From contig CATNEN010000024.1 of the NCBI GenBank assembly GCA_950097015.1, forward strand, positions 4,712,001 through 4,776,000: a stretch of DNA of 64,000 nt. The letters run 5' to 3'. This DNA comes from Macrostomum hystrix (taxonomy: Eukaryota > Animalia > Platyhelminthes). Of this stretch, positions 60,444 to 64,000 are shown piece by piece (position 1 is the stretch's first letter; each line of letters opens with the position of its first letter). A model generated the notes under the pieces. The model was not told the DNA's origin, searched no databases, and saw nothing but the letters and a program-made list of their open reading frames with translations. The translations under genes and the position numbers were made by a program.

Positions 60444-61850
60444 GAGAGACTAGATATCAGAGAGAGACTAGATATCAGAGAGAGACTAGATATCAGAGAG
60501 AGACTAGATATCAGAGAGAGACTAGATATCAGTGAGAGATTAGATTTCATAGATAGACTTGATCAGAGAGAGACTAGATATCAGTGAGAGATTAGATTTC
60601 ATAGATAGGCTTGATCAGAGAGAGACTAGATATCAGTGAGAGACTAGATATCAGTGAGAGACTAGATCAGATCAGAGAGAGACTAGATATCAGTGAGAGA
60701 CTAGATCAGAGAGAGAGACTAGATATCAGTGAGAGACTAGATATCAGAGAGAGACTAGATATCAGTGAGAGATTAGATTTCATAGATAGACTTGATCAGA
60801 GAGAGACTAGATATCAGTGAGAGACTAGATATCAGTGAGAGATTAGATTTCATAGATAGACTTGATCAGAGAGAGACTAGATATCAGTGAGAGACTAGAT
60901 ATCAGTGAGAGACTAGATCAGATCAGAGAGAGACTAGATATCAGTGAGAGACTAGATCAGAGAGAGAGACTAGATATCAGTGAGAGACTAGATCAGATCA
61001 GAGAGAGACTAGATATCAGTGAGAGACTAGATCAGATCAGAGAGAGACTAGATATCAGTGAGAGACTAGATCAGATCAGAGAGAGACTAGATATCAGTGA
61101 GAGACTAGATCAGATCAGAGAGAGACTAGATATCAGTGAGAGACTAGATCAGATCACAGAGAGACTAGATATCAGTGAGAGACTAGATCAGAGAGAGACT
61201 AGATCAGAGAGAGACTAGATCAGAGAGAGACTAGATCATAGAGAGACTAGATCGTAGAGAGACTAGATCATAGAGAGACTAGATCAGAGAGAGACTAGAT
61301 CAGAGAGAGACTAGATCAGAGAGAGACTAGATCAGAGAGAGACTAGATCAGAGAGAGACTAGATCAGAGAGAGACTAGATCAGAGAGAGACTAGATCAGA
61401 GAGAGACTAGATCAGAGAGAGACTAGATCAGAGAGAGACTAGATCAGAGAGAGACTAGATCAGAGAGAGACTAGATATCAGTGAGAGACTAGATCAGATC
61501 AGAGAGAGACTAAATCAGAGAGAGACTAGATCAGAGAGTGACTAGATCAGAGAGAGACTAGATCAGAGAGAGACTAGATCAGATCAGAGAGAGACTAGAT
61601 ATCAGTGAGAGACTAGATCAGAGAGAGACTAGATCAGAGAGAGACTAGATCAGAGAGAGACTAGATCATAGAGAGACTAGATCGTAGAGAGACTAGATCA
61701 TAGAGAGACTAGATCAGAGAGAGACTAGATCAGAGAGAGACTAGATCAGAGAGAGACTAGATCAGAGAGAGACTAGATCAGAGAGAGACTAGATCAGAGA
61801 GAGACTAGATCAGAGAGAGACTAGATCAGAGAGAGACTAGATATCAGAGA
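60444..61850. repeat. Purine-rich compound 16/18/21-bp minisatellite
   Basis: Units gagagactagatcaga, gagagactagatatcaga and related variants. Confidence 0.96.
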
Positions 61851-62416
61851 GTCTTGTCAGAAAGACTTGTATTAAGATTGTCTTTTAGGGTCAAGGATTT
61901 CTCCCAGAAGTTTAAGTATATGCAATCTTGCGCGGCAGAACTTAAACAAGTAGAAGAAGAGCATTGTAAAAAATTCTATAACTCGGGCATATCTGAAAAT
62001 CTGAAAGAAACAGTCTGTGAGCCGGGCAAATTTGGACTGTCAGGCGGTCATGCAGAGTAGCAGCGGTTGCTGGGGCTCCACCCGCCCAGCCTCCCAACTG
62101 AAGGCGGTGCTATTCATCGCCTGTGCATTTGGTTTACAACGCTAGGCGTTTCGCCACTTTATTGATGTTTTGCGATGCCAGGAAAAGGTGCATTATATAC
62201 AGCCGTTTCTCCTCCCTAACACCCACCTCCTATAGATCCCCAGCCGTTACATATCTATAATTCTGTATGTTTCTAGTTTAAACTTAACCTGTCAAACTGG
62301 CACCTAATATCTACCTGCCCGGATAAGAATTGCTGCAGATAATGCTGTGAATGTGGCTCTTGCAGGCTTAGCCTTTTGCCCCCAACACAGCATGGCCTGA
62401 TTGAGGCAGTGAAAGA

Positions 62417-63032
62417 GTGACTGATTGAGTGAATGAGTGCCTGATTGAGTGAATGAGTGACTGATTGAGTGAATGAGTGACTGATTGAGTGAATGAGTGA
62501 CTGATTGAGTGAATGAGTACCTGATTGAGTGAATGAGTGCCTGATTGAGTGAATGAGTGACTGATTGAGTGAATGAGTACCTGATTGAGTGAATGAGTAC
62601 CTGATTGAGTGAATGAGTGACTGATTGAGGTAGTGAATGAGTGACTGATTGAGGTAGTGAATGAGTGACTGATTGAGGTAGTGAATGAGTGACTGATTGA
62701 GGTAGTGAATGAGTGACTGATTAAGTGACTGAGTGACTGATTGAGTGAATGCGTGACTGATTAAGTGAATGCGTGACTGATTGAGTGAATGCGTGACTGA
62801 TTGAGTGAATGAGTGCCTGATTGAGTGAATGAGTGACTGATTGAGTGAATGAGTGACTGATTGAGTGAATGAGTGACTGATTAAGTAAATGAGTGACTGA
62901 TTGAGTGAATGAGTGACTGATTGAGGTAGTGAATGAGTGCCTGATTGAGTGAATGAGTGACTGATTGAGTGAATGAGTGACTGATTAAGGTGATGAATGA
63001 GTGAGCGATGGAGTAAATGAGTGACTGATTAA
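62417..63032. repeat. 20-bp minisatellite with 23-bp variants
   Basis: Unit gagtgactgattgagtgaat, with a variant carrying gaggtagtgaat. Confidence 0.96.
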
Positions 63033-64000
63033 GAGAAGGAACACGACACCTACGGGTTCCTGTGAGCATACCGCACATTGTCTCACAATAGATGAGATAG
63101 CGCATGTGCATATCAAATTGCAATGGCCAGTTGAATTCCTAATAGAATGAAGAAGTGTTGGGAAATCTGATTTCAACCCAGGATCCGCCCATTCCCACGT
63201 CGCTAAGATAACGAAATCTGTGGCCGAATTGGAAAAGTCAAGGAAGCGAAAGGAAATCCGACCTTTGACTTTGGTTGTCACGAGTGGTCAAGACTGCGTT
63301 GCTATCTGCTATTGGTTGTTGTCCTGTCGATTGTTGCGAGTGGCAAGGCATTGTTGTGGATGGCGGGGTAATACGAGAGACATACAGGGCCTGTTGCATC
63401 ACCACGAGGACGTCTTGTATGTATATATGTATATATTAGGCAAACACAAGCTTGGACACAAAGCCAAAAGTATAGTTGCTCTCTTATCAGTGTGACAGGA
63501 CTGGGATGGACATCAAGGTGTTGCGTTCTCCCACAGCGCCTTGGTTGCTGGGCTGGTTGACGGGCAAATTTCCCATGTCTTCTGTCGCACCACACCGTGG
63601 TTCGCATCCGATTCGCTCCGTGTGTGGTCTAGCATTTGTGCGGCGTGTGAGTGCTTGTGTTTACACTATTGCACCCAGTTTAGTTTGTTTCAGTTTGTTG
63701 CTATGCAAAAATCTGTCGCTTTTATAGCCTTGATTTCCGCCTTTGACTATGCTTTGCTTAGAAGAGTCTTAGTTCCCATCGCGAGGATTTTATAAAGTGT
63801 AAATTTTTCCTAGATTCCCACTAGAAAAAGCTTGTAGCTAAATTTCCCGTCTCGAGCCATTGTGTCATAAACATTGTAACTAAAATTGACTGTTGCTGAG
63901 CTTGTCGTAAAAATACTTGCCAGAAAAAATGAAGTTTTACGATAAGAGAAATATAGATGGAGAAAGGTGAGATGGAGAGAGAAGTAGATAAGAGAGGCAA

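Noticed and set aside
3678-63032. Regular repeat arrays as CRISPR loci
   Set aside because: Units are contiguous with no unique spacers, there are no cas genes, and the context is eukaryotic.
1-64000. An SL RNA gene in the window
   Set aside because: No leader-like exon ending ATG|GT followed by an Sm-binding site was recognised by eye.

Overview
This is animal genomic DNA, not prokaryotic: spliced genes with GC-rich exons and AT-rich, minisatellite-filled introns. The style (poly-Ala and acidic tracts, a private minisatellite in most long introns) resembles a free-living flatworm such as Macrostomum; that is an inference, not proven. I assembled eight protein-coding genes exon by exon with in-frame GT-AG junctions: MAP3K2/3 (+), LTV1 (+), a DUSP22/15-like phosphatase (+), OTUD6B (-), RPS23 (-), PTDSS1 (-, 10 exons), USP12/46 (+) and an effector caspase-3/7 (+). 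Also present are two tRNA-derived SINE families, a TA-duplicating MITE family (3 copies), a decayed mariner, a perfect 79-bp inverted duplication and about 28 minisatellite arrays (roughly 19 kb, about 30% of the window, by hand count). The leading hypothesis: LTV1 and OTUD6B have intact ORFs that begin at a 3' splice acceptor in phase 0 with no genomic start codon I could find. This fits spliced-leader (SL) trans-splicing donating the initiator AUG, as known for flatworm SLs, possibly within operon-like pairs (RPS23->OTUD6B, LTV1->DUSP) in a cluster of three 40S-related genes. No gene could be identified after about 51.5 kb.
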